From Ignicoccus pacificus DSM 13166 (GTDB taxonomy: Archaea; Thermoproteota; Thermoprotei_A; Sulfolobales; Ignicoccaceae), in assembly GCA_025340205.1 (NCBI GenBank), contig CP006868.1, positions 360,001 to 392,000 of the forward strand: 32,000 bases of DNA, given 5' to 3'. How positions within the stretch are numbered: position 1 is the stretch's first letter; the number at the start of each line of letters is the position of its first letter. Shown here one piece after another: positions 24,238-32,000 of this stretch. Below the pieces are notes generated by a model. It made no database searches and was not told where the DNA came from. It saw nothing but the letters and a program-made list of their open reading frames with translations. The translations under genes were made by a program, and so were the position numbers.

Positions 24238-25146
24238 TTAAGTGTTTGCTGAAGGTACGGCAGAGAACACGTGACCGCTCCAAAGACCCATGAGGAGTTC
24301 ATTCCCTTCCCATCTTAGATCAGCGATTTTACTCTTAAAAGAAACCTTCCACTTGGGAATGCTTCTTTTATTTACGCTGATAACCTTGATCCATCTCCCA
24401 TTGATCGACGCTGCAGCCAATTTATCGCAAAACGGCCTATTGAATGAAACCAAGTAGGAACCTTCCTCCTTTAGATTTCCGACCCATAAAAGGCTGGGGT
24501 TTGAGGATCCATTCAGTAAATATAGACGTAAGTGACCCTTAGAGGAGAGGGTTGCTAACTTGTCTTTGCAGACATCGAAACTATGCTCGTAGGGTGAAAG
24601 GTTGAAGGTACTGACTATTTCTCCATTGTGTATGTTGATTATGTACATCAATCCTTGTCTAACTGGTAAGACGTACAAAAAGTCGCCTATCCTTTGGGGG
24701 AATGCTTTGATTTCCCCAAAGCCTCTACTCCAGAGCCTTTTCCCTTCCCAATTATGAGCTACTATTTGTCTTGGTGCTAGGCTTACAATAGCATCTTTAT
24801 AAAGTCTGATATGTCTAATGCTTTGTTGAAGACCTAGAAGAGGGAAGTATTCCCATCTACTTTCTTCGGTATCGAATAAATACAAGACATTTCTATAGCT
24901 CGCAAATCCCAGCTTGCCACAGCACTTGTGAACAGTCCTCATAACTACATCATCTTGCTTATATGAAATTATATCAAGGTCTTGGATTATATAGGCGTAT
25001 CCCCTCCTCGTCGCCACGCCGATGAAGCTTCCCAAACGATCGAGTTCCATTACTCCCGAGGGAAGGCGGAGGAACCAGTTCAAGAGAAGATTCGGAGATT
25101 TATTCTCTACTGGGAGCCTTTTACTCAAGAACGTCACTTCTTTCAA
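24238..25146 (-). CDS. hypothetical all-beta repeat protein (beta-propeller-like)
   Basis: 302 aa with a TTG start. Recurring ~40-aa units end in aromatic/W motifs (LYLFDTEESRW, VAHNWEGKRLW, PSLLWVGNL, IPKWKVSF, IADLRWEG). AT-rich. Confidence 0.5.
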   Translation of the reverse strand: MKEVTFLSKRLPVENKSPNLLLNWFLRLPSGVMELDRLGSFIGVATRRGYAYIIQDLDIISYKQDDVVMRTVHKCCGKLGFASYRNVLYLFDTEESRWEYFPLLGLQQSIRHIRLYKDAIVSLAPRQIVAHNWEGKRLWSRGFGEIKAFPQRIGDFLYVLPVRQGLMYIINIHNGEIVSTFNLSPYEHSFDVCKDKLATLSSKGHLRLYLLNGSSNPSLLWVGNLKEEGSYLVSFNRPFCDKLAAASINGRWIKVISVNKRSIPKWKVSFKSKIADLRWEGNELLMGLWSGHVFSAVPSANT

Positions 25147-25432
25147 TTTCTTTACCTTCAGTATTTGGAGATAATGTAGTAGAATAGGAACTAATCCTCG
25201 CCTTTCCTTTCCTCGTCTCAGCTAAGAGCAAGGACTCAATCCTTATCTCCTCTCCCGCTACAATTATGTCCCTATTCTCAAGGAATTCCACCGTATCCTC
25301 TCTTTCCAGTGCAGAATAGAAGACTGGAAGGACTCTGAAAGCACTTCCTAGGTCCCTTTTTCATGACTCTTCATCTCTTCATAATATGGTGACCTTTTTA
25401 CTTTCCGCTTTCATGAAAAAGACATATTGTAG

Positions 25433-25852
25433 TTGGATTCAAAGAAGCTATCGTGGGCTGAGTTGGTTTTCTTATTAAAGGAAAGAGCTATTGAATTCAT
25501 GAAGTTGGCCGAAGAGGCCTTGAGAGACGGAAGATACGACGTAGCTTGTGCCCTCTTCGAACAAGCATTCCAACTTTACTTGAAGTACATGCTCCTGAGG
25601 TTTTACAGTATAAGGGTGAAGAGCCACGACTTGAGGGAACTTATTGGAATCCTCGCATTGAAGACAGGAAACGAGAGACTAGCCGACTTTGCCAAAAGGA
25701 ATAGGTCTGAGCTAATACTCCTCGAGGAATCCTATTACGTGGGAAGGTATGGAGAGTACGAGTTTGAAGAAGAGGAAGGAAGGGCTTGTGAGAGGGTTAC
25801 GAAAAGAGCCTTCGAACTACTTCACGAGATTGAGCGGTCCCTTGAGGATTAA
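25433..25852 (+). CDS. HEPN domain protein (PF05168-like)
   Basis: AEEALRDGRYDVACALFEQAFQLYLKYML...KSHDLRELI...ESYYVGRY is a typical HEPN four-helix pattern. TTG start. Confidence 0.8.
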   Translation: MDSKKLSWAELVFLLKERAIEFMKLAEEALRDGRYDVACALFEQAFQLYLKYMLLRFYSIRVKSHDLRELIGILALKTGNERLADFAKRNRSELILLEESYYVGRYGEYEFEEEEGRACERVTKRAFELLHEIERSLED

Positions 25853-25853
25853 G

Positions 25854-26213
25854 GTGCTTAAAGAATGGAAAAGGTATCTGCCAACGGTAACCTCAATACT
25901 AAATGACATATTCAAAAACTGCAAGATCTATGTAATAGGAAGTGCTCTGAGGGAGGCGTTCCACGCTAAGAGCGACGTAGATTTGCTGATAATTTGTAGG
26001 GAGAGGCCCATGATGAGGGAAGTTGTCACTGCCTTGATGAAGCTTGAGGACATCGGAATCCCCAAGATCTTCCAACTCCACGTAGGAGATCGTGAAGACT
26101 TAGATAGATATAGGTCCTTAGGAGAGGTAGTTCCCCTAGAGGAGCTTTTACCCCCTGAGGAAAATCTAAAAGGGCGAAACAGTGCCTCCAGTGATAAGGA
26201 AAGTAATGGTTAG
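25854..26213 (+). CDS. minimal nucleotidyltransferase
   Basis: IYVIGSALREAFHAKSDVDLLII (GS...DxD). The GTG at 25854 is 1 nt after the HEPN stop. The track ORF 25749-26213 is in the same frame. Confidence 0.8.
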   Translation: MLKEWKRYLPTVTSILNDIFKNCKIYVIGSALREAFHAKSDVDLLIICRERPMMREVVTALMKLEDIGIPKIFQLHVGDREDLDRYRSLGEVVPLEELLPPEENLKGRNSASSDKESNG

Positions 26214-27270
26214 CGGCTACAAGGCAATTCCTTATGACAAGCCCGTTATCCTTGAACTTGGAGAGAAACTAACGTTGCTGGTGGGACCTAACGCAGCTGG
26301 GAAGAGCGCAGTCCTAGAGGCCTTGTACTACGTTCTAAATGGGAAGAGTTTCCCGGTTGAATATTCCTATAAGAAACTAGGTAGGTACGTGATCCTTTCG
26401 GTAGTCTTTCAACAAAAGGATGAACTGAAAACCCTTCTGTACTTGTACACTGTAACTTCGGGGTCAACATATACGCTCGAAGAAGTAGTAGAGATTAGAG
26501 GTGACGTCCTTGAAAAGATATCCAGCATTACTAAAAAGATTAGCTATGCTAATACGGATGAAGTCATGAACTCCATCTATCAAATTAGTTCCGATGTAGT
26601 ACATACGGGCATAGAACTTATAGATATACAAAGACCACTATACTTTGAAGGAGACCTTATTAAGAGGGAGAAAGTCCTTTCCCTTTTGTTTAAGCAGTAC
26701 GGTTTGATTAGTGAAGGAATAAAGAGGGTTGATGAGTGGGTAAAATTACTCGGATATACGAGATTTAGAACCTTAATCAACGAAAGAGGAGACTTCGTCT
26801 ATGAGTTTTATGATGGCAGAAGTGGAGAATGGATTAGGATAGATGAATGTGCGGGAGGTCTACGGTCTACCGTAGGTCTGATCTATTCGCTTAGCTGTCC
26901 CATTGAGATGATGTTAATCGATGACGTTGAGGTAGGTCTCCACCCCTCGCTCCAAATACGACTTCTTGAGGAGCTCTTGAAATGGCATGGACAAGTAATT
27001 GTGTCATCTCATAGCGAGACAGTGTTCTACTATTTGTTGTATAGAAAAAAGGAGCTAGGCGATAAGATAAAGATAAACTTGATGTACAGAGACGAAGAGG
27101 CAGTGTATGCTGAGGAAATAGGAAGGGAGATTCCGATAAAGCTCAGTAAGAAGGCAGAGAAGGCCTTGAAGGAGTTCGGAGCTTATGGTCTATTTGGAGA
27201 GAGTGGGTTCTACTCCCTAAAGGCCCTCTTAGAGGGAAATGAAAATGAGAAAGATAGTAGTAATAGATAA
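26182..27270 (+). CDS. ABC/SMC-like AAA ATPase (AAA_15/AAA_21-like)
   Basis: Walker A LLVGPNAAGKS, signature-like AGGLRS, Walker B MMLIDDVEVGLHP, SSHS H-loop. The start could be GTG 26182, GTG 26191 or ATG 26206; the last overlaps the NT stop. Confidence 0.85.
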   Translation: MPPVIRKVMVSGYKAIPYDKPVILELGEKLTLLVGPNAAGKSAVLEALYYVLNGKSFPVEYSYKKLGRYVILSVVFQQKDELKTLLYLYTVTSGSTYTLEEVVEIRGDVLEKISSITKKISYANTDEVMNSIYQISSDVVHTGIELIDIQRPLYFEGDLIKREKVLSLLFKQYGLISEGIKRVDEWVKLLGYTRFRTLINERGDFVYEFYDGRSGEWIRIDECAGGLRSTVGLIYSLSCPIEMMLIDDVEVGLHPSLQIRLLEELLKWHGQVIVSSHSETVFYYLLYRKKELGDKIKINLMYRDEEAVYAEEIGREIPIKLSKKAEKALKEFGAYGLFGESGFYSLKALLEGNENEKDSSNR

Positions 27271-27742
27271 GAGTGCTTTCCAAACGGAACCTAGCACTTG
27301 CGTGAAAGACGTAGTCGGAACGACCTTTTGTATACTAAGCCACGCTTCCCTTTGCCACTTCATCATATACATTCCCAAAGAAGCGTTCGAAAAAGAATGG
27401 AAAGACGCTTATAGGGGTTCAAGCATCCTCGATATAATGTCGGGTCTAGCTAAGGCCTACATCTCTGGTGTGCTAAAGGATTGTCAAGAGAGCACAACTA
27501 GTTGTTTACTTGCTAACATTTTCAGAAAGAGGAAGATTGTGCTCCGCAACGTCGGAGGTAATGTAAGGAACTTGAACCTCAAGGATCCCGACTACCTTTA
27601 CGTTGAGCTGGCTCTTCGATTAAAGGGCGAGAGCTCTCACGTATACCTCATAACGTGCGATGGAGATATGGAAAGGGTAGCTAGGCGTGAGGGAATAGTT
27701 GCTCTTGATCCCCAAGAGCTCTGTAACCAGCTCCTTAGGTAA
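27239..27742 (+). CDS. PIN-domain nuclease-like protein
   Basis: KIVVIDKSAF (D10), PKEAFEKE (E48/E51), KDPDYLYVELALRL (D116/D118), YLITCDGDMERVARREGI (D141) follow the spacing of PIN acidic residues. Overlaps the ATPase stop by 32 nt. Confidence 0.6.
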   Translation: MKMRKIVVIDKSAFQTEPSTCVKDVVGTTFCILSHASLCHFIIYIPKEAFEKEWKDAYRGSSILDIMSGLAKAYISGVLKDCQESTTSCLLANIFRKRKIVLRNVGGNVRNLNLKDPDYLYVELALRLKGESSHVYLITCDGDMERVARREGIVALDPQELCNQLLR

Positions 27743-27801
27743 GCGCCCTAAGGGGTCTAGGATTTCAATCTCCCCCTCCCTTCTCCCTCAGGGGTTCACT
27801 A

Positions 27802-29511
27802 GTGGCAAAGTGGGTCGTCGGAAGCGCTTGGCCTTACGTTAATGCAGTACCGCACTTGGGCAACTTGGTAGGCTCGATACTCTCAGCTGACGTATTTGCC
27901 AGGTTCCTAAGGCTAATGGGAGAGGAAGTAGTAGCGGTCTCGGGAAGCGACGAGCACGGCACTCCGGTAGAGGTGGAGGCCCGAAAGAGGGGATTGGAAC
28001 CCAAGGAGCTCACCGACAAGATGCACGCTTACGTGAGCTCCCTCTTTAAGAAGTACTTGATCTCGTTCGATAACTACACCAGAACGCACAACCCTGTTCA
28101 CATAAAGTTCGTTCAAGACTTGTTCATGAAGATATACAACAACGGCTACATCTTCACCCAAGACTTGATATTGCCATACTGTCCAAAGGATAAGATATTC
28201 CTCCCCGATAGGTTCGTGACCGGCACTTGCCCCTACTGCGGCTACAACGGGGCCAGAGGAGATCAATGCGACGCTTGCGGAAAGCTGCTAGATCCTCCGG
28301 ACCTCATAAATCCCAGATGCTCTCTTTGCGGAACCAGGCCCACTTGGAAGAAGACCACCCACTGGTTCTTCGACTTGCCAGAAGCGGCGAAGGGCTTGGA
28401 CGAGTGGGTGAAGGAGAGCGACCTCCCGGACAACGTCAAGAACTTCACCCTGAAGTGGCTCGAGGAAGGACTAACTCCAAGGGCGGTGACTAGGGACAAC
28501 AAATGGGGAATTCCCGCCCCGTTTCCGGGAGCGGAGAACAAGACCATCTACGTGTGGTTCGAAGCCGTGTTGGGATACCTCTCTGCAGTAAAGGAGCTTG
28601 AGGTCAAGGAAAACAGAGAGGGACTCTTCGAGTACTTCTGGAAGGATCTGAACACTAGAACGGTCTACTTCATAGGAAAGGACAACATACCCTTCCACTC
28701 CATAATTCTTCCAGCCCTACTCAAGGCCACCGGGGAGCAATACCCCTTACCCTACCACATCTCCGCTACCGAGTACCTAATGTACGAGGGCAAGAAGTTC
28801 AGCAAGAGCAAGAGGATAGGAGTGTGGATAGATGAGGCATTGAAGCTCCTTCCGGATCCAGATTATTGGAGGTTCGCCCTAATCAGAATGAGGCCGGAGG
28901 ACAGGGACATGAACTTCGTGTGGAAGGAGTTCCACAGAATAATAAACAGTGAGCTGAACGACGACATAGGCAACTTCGCCCATAGGGTCTTAAGCTTCGT
29001 GAAGAGGAGGTTCGGAGGAAAGGTGGAGGGAGAGGTCGATAAGGAGATCAAGGAGAAGGTGGAGGAGCTCCACAAGAAGTTCGTGGAAGCGATGTATGAG
29101 ACCAGGATGAGGGATGCTACCAACTACCTCCTCGAAATGGCTAGACTCGGTAACAAGTACCTCAACGAGAAGGAGCCGTGGAGGATGCTGAAGGAGGGAA
29201 GGGAGGAGGAAGCGAAGAGCGTGATGTACACGTGTATGTACATCTTAAGGGAGATAGCTATGCACATGGCGCCCTTCACGCCCCTAGCAGCACAGAGGCT
29301 TTGGGAGATGTTGGGCGAAGAGGGCTCGGTTCATGAGCACGGAACCTTAGCTAGGGAGCACGGCAAGGATCCGAAGGGAGTGGCAGTAAACCCCAAGCCC
29401 CTCTTCCAGAAGCTCCCGGACGAGTTTGCCGATGAACAAGAAATGGAGAAGAAGATAATGAAGATAAGGGAGGAAGTTGAAAAGGAGAGGCCATTCCCGC
29501 TCTTCTCCTAA
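27802..29511 (+). CDS. metG: methionyl-tRNA synthetase
   Basis: WPYVNAVPHLGNLVGS (HIGH-type motif), CPYCG...CDACG zinc knuckles, KFSKSKR (KMSKS motif), 569 aa, GTG start. Confidence 0.95.
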   Translation: MAKWVVGSAWPYVNAVPHLGNLVGSILSADVFARFLRLMGEEVVAVSGSDEHGTPVEVEARKRGLEPKELTDKMHAYVSSLFKKYLISFDNYTRTHNPVHIKFVQDLFMKIYNNGYIFTQDLILPYCPKDKIFLPDRFVTGTCPYCGYNGARGDQCDACGKLLDPPDLINPRCSLCGTRPTWKKTTHWFFDLPEAAKGLDEWVKESDLPDNVKNFTLKWLEEGLTPRAVTRDNKWGIPAPFPGAENKTIYVWFEAVLGYLSAVKELEVKENREGLFEYFWKDLNTRTVYFIGKDNIPFHSIILPALLKATGEQYPLPYHISATEYLMYEGKKFSKSKRIGVWIDEALKLLPDPDYWRFALIRMRPEDRDMNFVWKEFHRIINSELNDDIGNFAHRVLSFVKRRFGGKVEGEVDKEIKEKVEELHKKFVEAMYETRMRDATNYLLEMARLGNKYLNEKEPWRMLKEGREEEAKSVMYTCMYILREIAMHMAPFTPLAAQRLWEMLGEEGSVHEHGTLAREHGKDPKGVAVNPKPLFQKLPDEFADEQEMEKKIMKIREEVEKERPFPLFS

Positions 29512-29582
29512 CGTCCTTTCCCATGAGGAACCACGCAGGCTCCGAGGGGTGAGGAGAGAACTAGGCTTCCGAGGGTGAAGCT

Positions 29583-30650
29583 TTGGAGATTTGGGAGTTT
29601 GTTATAAAACCAAGCATATACATAAGCTCCCTCTGCTATTCTATCTTAAGAATAGAGCCTTGGGACACTTGCTCCTACTCTTGCTTGTACTGCTACGCTA
29701 GGTGGTACAGAGGTCCTCACGGTTTTCCGAAACCAAAGCCTTGGATCCCGAAGCTGTTCGAAAGGATAGTGAGAGAGATCAAGGTTTACCCAAAGCCCTT
29801 CTTTCGGCTAGCGACCCTCTCGGAGCCCTTTCAAAGACCTTGGAGGGGCCTCTTTGAGATATTCGAAACAGCTGAGAGGTATGAGGTGCCTCTTGTAGTA
29901 AATACGAAGAGCGACGTGAGGTGGAACGACCTCTTCAACTGGTTGTTGAGGTTGGCTGACAAGCGACTCCTCTTGGTTCAAGTTACGGTCGGCTTCTTGG
30001 AAAGCTCCTCCCTCTTGGAGCCGAGGACACCAAGTCCTTGGAGGAGGCTGGAGTTAATAGAGAGGCTCAGGGAGCACGGAGTTCCAGTGGTCGCTAGGGT
30101 TCAGCCCTTGATTCCCGGCCTCGAGGAGGAGCAAGTCAGGGTCGCTAGGGAAGCCTTGGAGAGGGGGGCGTTGGGGATAATCACCGAAAGCTTGAGGGAA
30201 AGTGAGGAAGGAATAAACATAATCTACAAGGTGTTAGGAGTAAAGAGGAGCGGGAAGTGGGAGCCCTACGATATTAAGGGAAGACTGATACATCCGTCTC
30301 TAAGATGGAGGCTTGAAAGGCACTTCGCCTTCAAGTCCTTAGCTAGGTCGTATGGTAAAGAGCACGCCGACTGCAAGGACGTCTGCGAGTTCAGGGGAGA
30401 GTTGAAGGACTGTTGCTTAACCCACCTAGCCTTCGAGTCCACCAAGAGGCCCACCCTCCGAGACTTGTTAGCTCTAGGAAGGGAAAGAGCTTGTGAGAAG
30501 TACCTCTGCGGAGATAGGTTGAGGGAGCTCGGGAAGCTGGCTAGGCCCTTCAGAATGCATGAGAAGTTGCTTCTTAGGGCCTTCGAGAAAAGGAAGGAGT
30601 TGTGTCCCTTAGCCTACGCTGAAAGTTCCGTGCGAGGTCTCAACGACTAA
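29583..30650 (+). CDS. radical SAM protein, SplB/COG1533-like (DNA-repair-photolyase-like family)
   Basis: CSYSCLYCYARW is CxxxCxxC followed by YAR, as in the COG1533 family. 355 aa with a TTG start. Confidence 0.7.
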   Translation: MEIWEFVIKPSIYISSLCYSILRIEPWDTCSYSCLYCYARWYRGPHGFPKPKPWIPKLFERIVREIKVYPKPFFRLATLSEPFQRPWRGLFEIFETAERYEVPLVVNTKSDVRWNDLFNWLLRLADKRLLLVQVTVGFLESSSLLEPRTPSPWRRLELIERLREHGVPVVARVQPLIPGLEEEQVRVAREALERGALGIITESLRESEEGINIIYKVLGVKRSGKWEPYDIKGRLIHPSLRWRLERHFAFKSLARSYGKEHADCKDVCEFRGELKDCCLTHLAFESTKRPTLRDLLALGRERACEKYLCGDRLRELGKLARPFRMHEKLLLRAFEKRKELCPLAYAESSVRGLND

Positions 30651-31118
30651 CTTAACTCCCTTTACCTCGTTCCACGGATTTAAGCAGATGTCACCCTTCT
30701 TGAGGGATGGATACTGCTTTAGCATCGAGGTAAGTATGTTATTGAGTGTGCTTTTGAAGATGCCGGAGAAGGCGTTCTCTATAGTGGAGTCCTTCAGTTT
30801 AGTCAAGGGAACCTTTCTAGATAAGACCCCTAGGACGTCGCTAACTACCACCTTCGGCAGCTTGCAGCCGTTCGTGTACAAGATGAGCGTCACGTTGCTC
30901 TTGAGAAATTGCTGAGGGGAGGGAGCGGTGGAGGGGGAGAGAAGCCAAGTCATTTGAAAGTGATACTCAAAGGTGGAGTAGTTCGAGGTAGAGGCCGAAG
31001 TATAAGCCATTACCAAGGTTACTAGAAGTACTACGAAAACAGCTATCAAATGAGTTATTTTAAAGGGAGAACGTTTCTCCTTCTCTTTCATAAATACCTC
31101 CATCTCTTTTGTTGACAA
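30609..31118 (-). CDS. hypothetical membrane-anchored/secreted protein
   Basis: N-terminal basic stretch then THLIAVFVVLLVTLVMAYTSAS. AT-rich. Alternative ATG starts lie downstream of the TTG at 31118. Confidence 0.45.
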   Translation of the reverse strand: MSTKEMEVFMKEKEKRSPFKITHLIAVFVVLLVTLVMAYTSASTSNYSTFEYHFQMTWLLSPSTAPSPQQFLKSNVTLILYTNGCKLPKVVVSDVLGVLSRKVPLTKLKDSTIENAFSGIFKSTLNNILTSMLKQYPSLKKGDICLNPWNEVKGVKLVVETSHGTFSVG

Positions 31119-31255
31119 AATTTATTTTCTCTCCTCCTTTCTATATAATTCGATTGACTAATAAAGAAAGAGAGGAATTCCTCATGTCTATTCGGTCAAC
31201 TTAGAGATCCATAATAAAGAATGCGCGTTGACCGTTGTAATTTTTTAGTAAAAAC

Positions 31256-31262
31256 TTTTTAT
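31256..31262 (+). promoter_or_regulatory. TATA box (TTTTTAT) with a purine-rich BRE-like GTAAAAA upstream, for tRNA-Ser
   Basis: Centred 27 nt upstream of tRNA position 1. Confidence 0.5.
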
Positions 31263-31285
31263 CCTTCGTTCAGAACCCCTTCCAT

Positions 31286-31374
31286 GCCGGGGTGCCCGAG
31301 CGGCCCAAGGGGGTGGCCTGGAGAGCCACTCCCCCTAACGGGGGGCGCGGGTTCGAATCCCGCCCCCGGCGCCA
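31286..31374 (+). tRNA. tRNA-Ser (anticodon GGA), CCA encoded
   Basis: Acceptor GCCGGGG/CCCCGGC, anticodon stem GTGGC/GCCAC with loop CT-GGA-GA, long variable arm CCCCC-TAAC-GGGGG, T arm GCGGG-TTCGAAT-CCCGC, discriminator G then CCA. Confidence 0.9.
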
Positions 31375-31378
31375 TGCT

Positions 31379-31390
31379 CCTTTTTACCTT
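31379..31390 (+). terminator. oligo-T tract after tRNA-Ser
   Basis: CCTTTTTACC lies immediately 3' of the tRNA. Archaeal terminators are oligo-T. Confidence 0.35.
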
Positions 31391-31565
31391 TAGGGTGTCG
31401 TCTCTACATGCAACAGACCCAGAGATGAGAAACTGTGATTTCCGTCCCAAGTCTCCTCGTTCTAAAATCCCCAATCTCCATAGGGTAAAGTTAAACTATA
31501 TTCTGTAGCTTATGAAGTACATAGGGTATGATAACATTACTAGATTCTCTATTTTGAAAAGTGAA

Positions 31566-32000
31566 ATGAACGGAGGGGTAAGAACCTACGTATTCATGGA
31601 GGTCAGAAGCGGAACACTCTCGTTAAGCGTACCACAACTCCCCTTTGGGAAACTGAAGTTATCTAAGATTGAGCATGATTTGGACATAATACTCGACGAT
31701 AAAGCAAATGACCCTCTTGGGAAGCTCAGGGGTGTGTTATGGCTAAACAATAAAGTACAAGCAATCGCAGTAACCAAGGGACTCTACGGAATTTCGTCAA
31801 CTTGCTCCCACGTCTTCGATTCTTCTCTAGGTCTGATTGAGAAAAAGTGTTCATTCATAAAGGCCCTTGATGTTTCATCATATAATAGTAGGATTGTCTT
31901 TACTGTTCTTTCAGATAACAATAGTCTTTACTTATTCGATTCAAATCTGAATAGATGGTTTCGAATAAGTGCAGCCCACCCTCCTCGTGGTGTTACACTT
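31566..32000 (+). CDS. hypothetical protein, 3' end cut by window edge; weak paralogue of 24238-25146
   Basis: Not in the track because it is open-ended. ATG 31566 reads MNGGVRTYVFMEVRSGTLSLSVPQLPFGKLKL...NNSLYLFDSNLNRWFRISAAHPPRGVTL with no stop over 145 codons. Shares LYLFD(S/T)xxxRW with the 302-aa protein. Confidence 0.5.
   Translation, partial: MNGGVRTYVFMEVRSGTLSLSVPQLPFGKLKLSKIEHDLDIILDDKANDPLGKLRGVLWLNNKVQAIAVTKGLYGISSTCSHVFDSSLGLIEKKCSFIKALDVSSYNSRIVFTVLSDNNSLYLFDSNLNRWFRISAAHPPRGVTL

Noticed and set aside
25190-25340. Minus-strand reading frame ...FYSALEREDTVEFLENRDIIVAGEEIRIESLLLAETRKGKAR... upstream of the beta-repeat gene (possible AbrB-like antitoxin remnant)
   Set aside because: There is no usable start codon after the preceding stop, and the frame differs from the downstream gene. 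At best it is a gene fragment.
31221-31508. Track ORFs 31221-31508 (+) and 31259-31474 (-)
   Set aside because: Both are laid over tRNA-Ser and its flanks. The G/P-rich translations are artefacts of the tRNA sequence.
1-32000. cas genes, integrases, transposases or IS elements anywhere in the window
   Set aside because: I looked through all ORFs of 60 aa or more on both strands. None shows Cas1/Cas2/Cas3/Cas7-type, tyrosine/serine recombinase or DDE motifs that I can recognise.

Overview
This looks like an archaeal chromosomal segment of roughly 50% GC by eye. The archaeal hallmarks are Dph2, an EndA-type splicing endonuclease subunit, tRNA genes with TATA boxes at about -27, and a huge surface protein rich in N-glycosylation sequons. 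The EndA homologue appears non-catalytic, which suggests a crenarchaeal/TACK-type thermophile, but I cannot name the organism.

The housekeeping backbone comprises a cation/proton antiporter with CBS domains, an alpha/beta hydrolase, three different radical SAM enzymes, CysRS, MetRS, Dph2, a Memo-like protein, two MFS transporters (one disrupted), tRNA-Arg(TCG) and tRNA-Ser(GGA).

AT-richer accessory islets are interspersed:
- (i) A 12-repeat CRISPR array (7391-8168) with an AT-rich leader and no cas gene in the window. It abuts a DUF86-HEPN/MNT pair whose MNT looks degenerate.
- (ii) A decayed NT/HEPN pair (10250-10917).
- (iii) A fused HEPN-NT single polypeptide (20203-20949) downstream of tRNA-Arg.
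- (iv) An islet at 23448-27742 with a RelE/ParE toxin, an all-beta repeat protein, and a tightly overlapping four-gene cassette HEPN - nucleotidyltransferase - ABC/SMC-like ATPase - PIN nuclease.

The four-gene cassette is my best candidate for an undescribed defence or abortive-infection system. A second notable locus is a 1384-aa protein with a pilin-type N-terminal signal (12107-16261), followed by two overlapping unknown genes.

All functional calls come from motif recognition by eye. No database search was possible.
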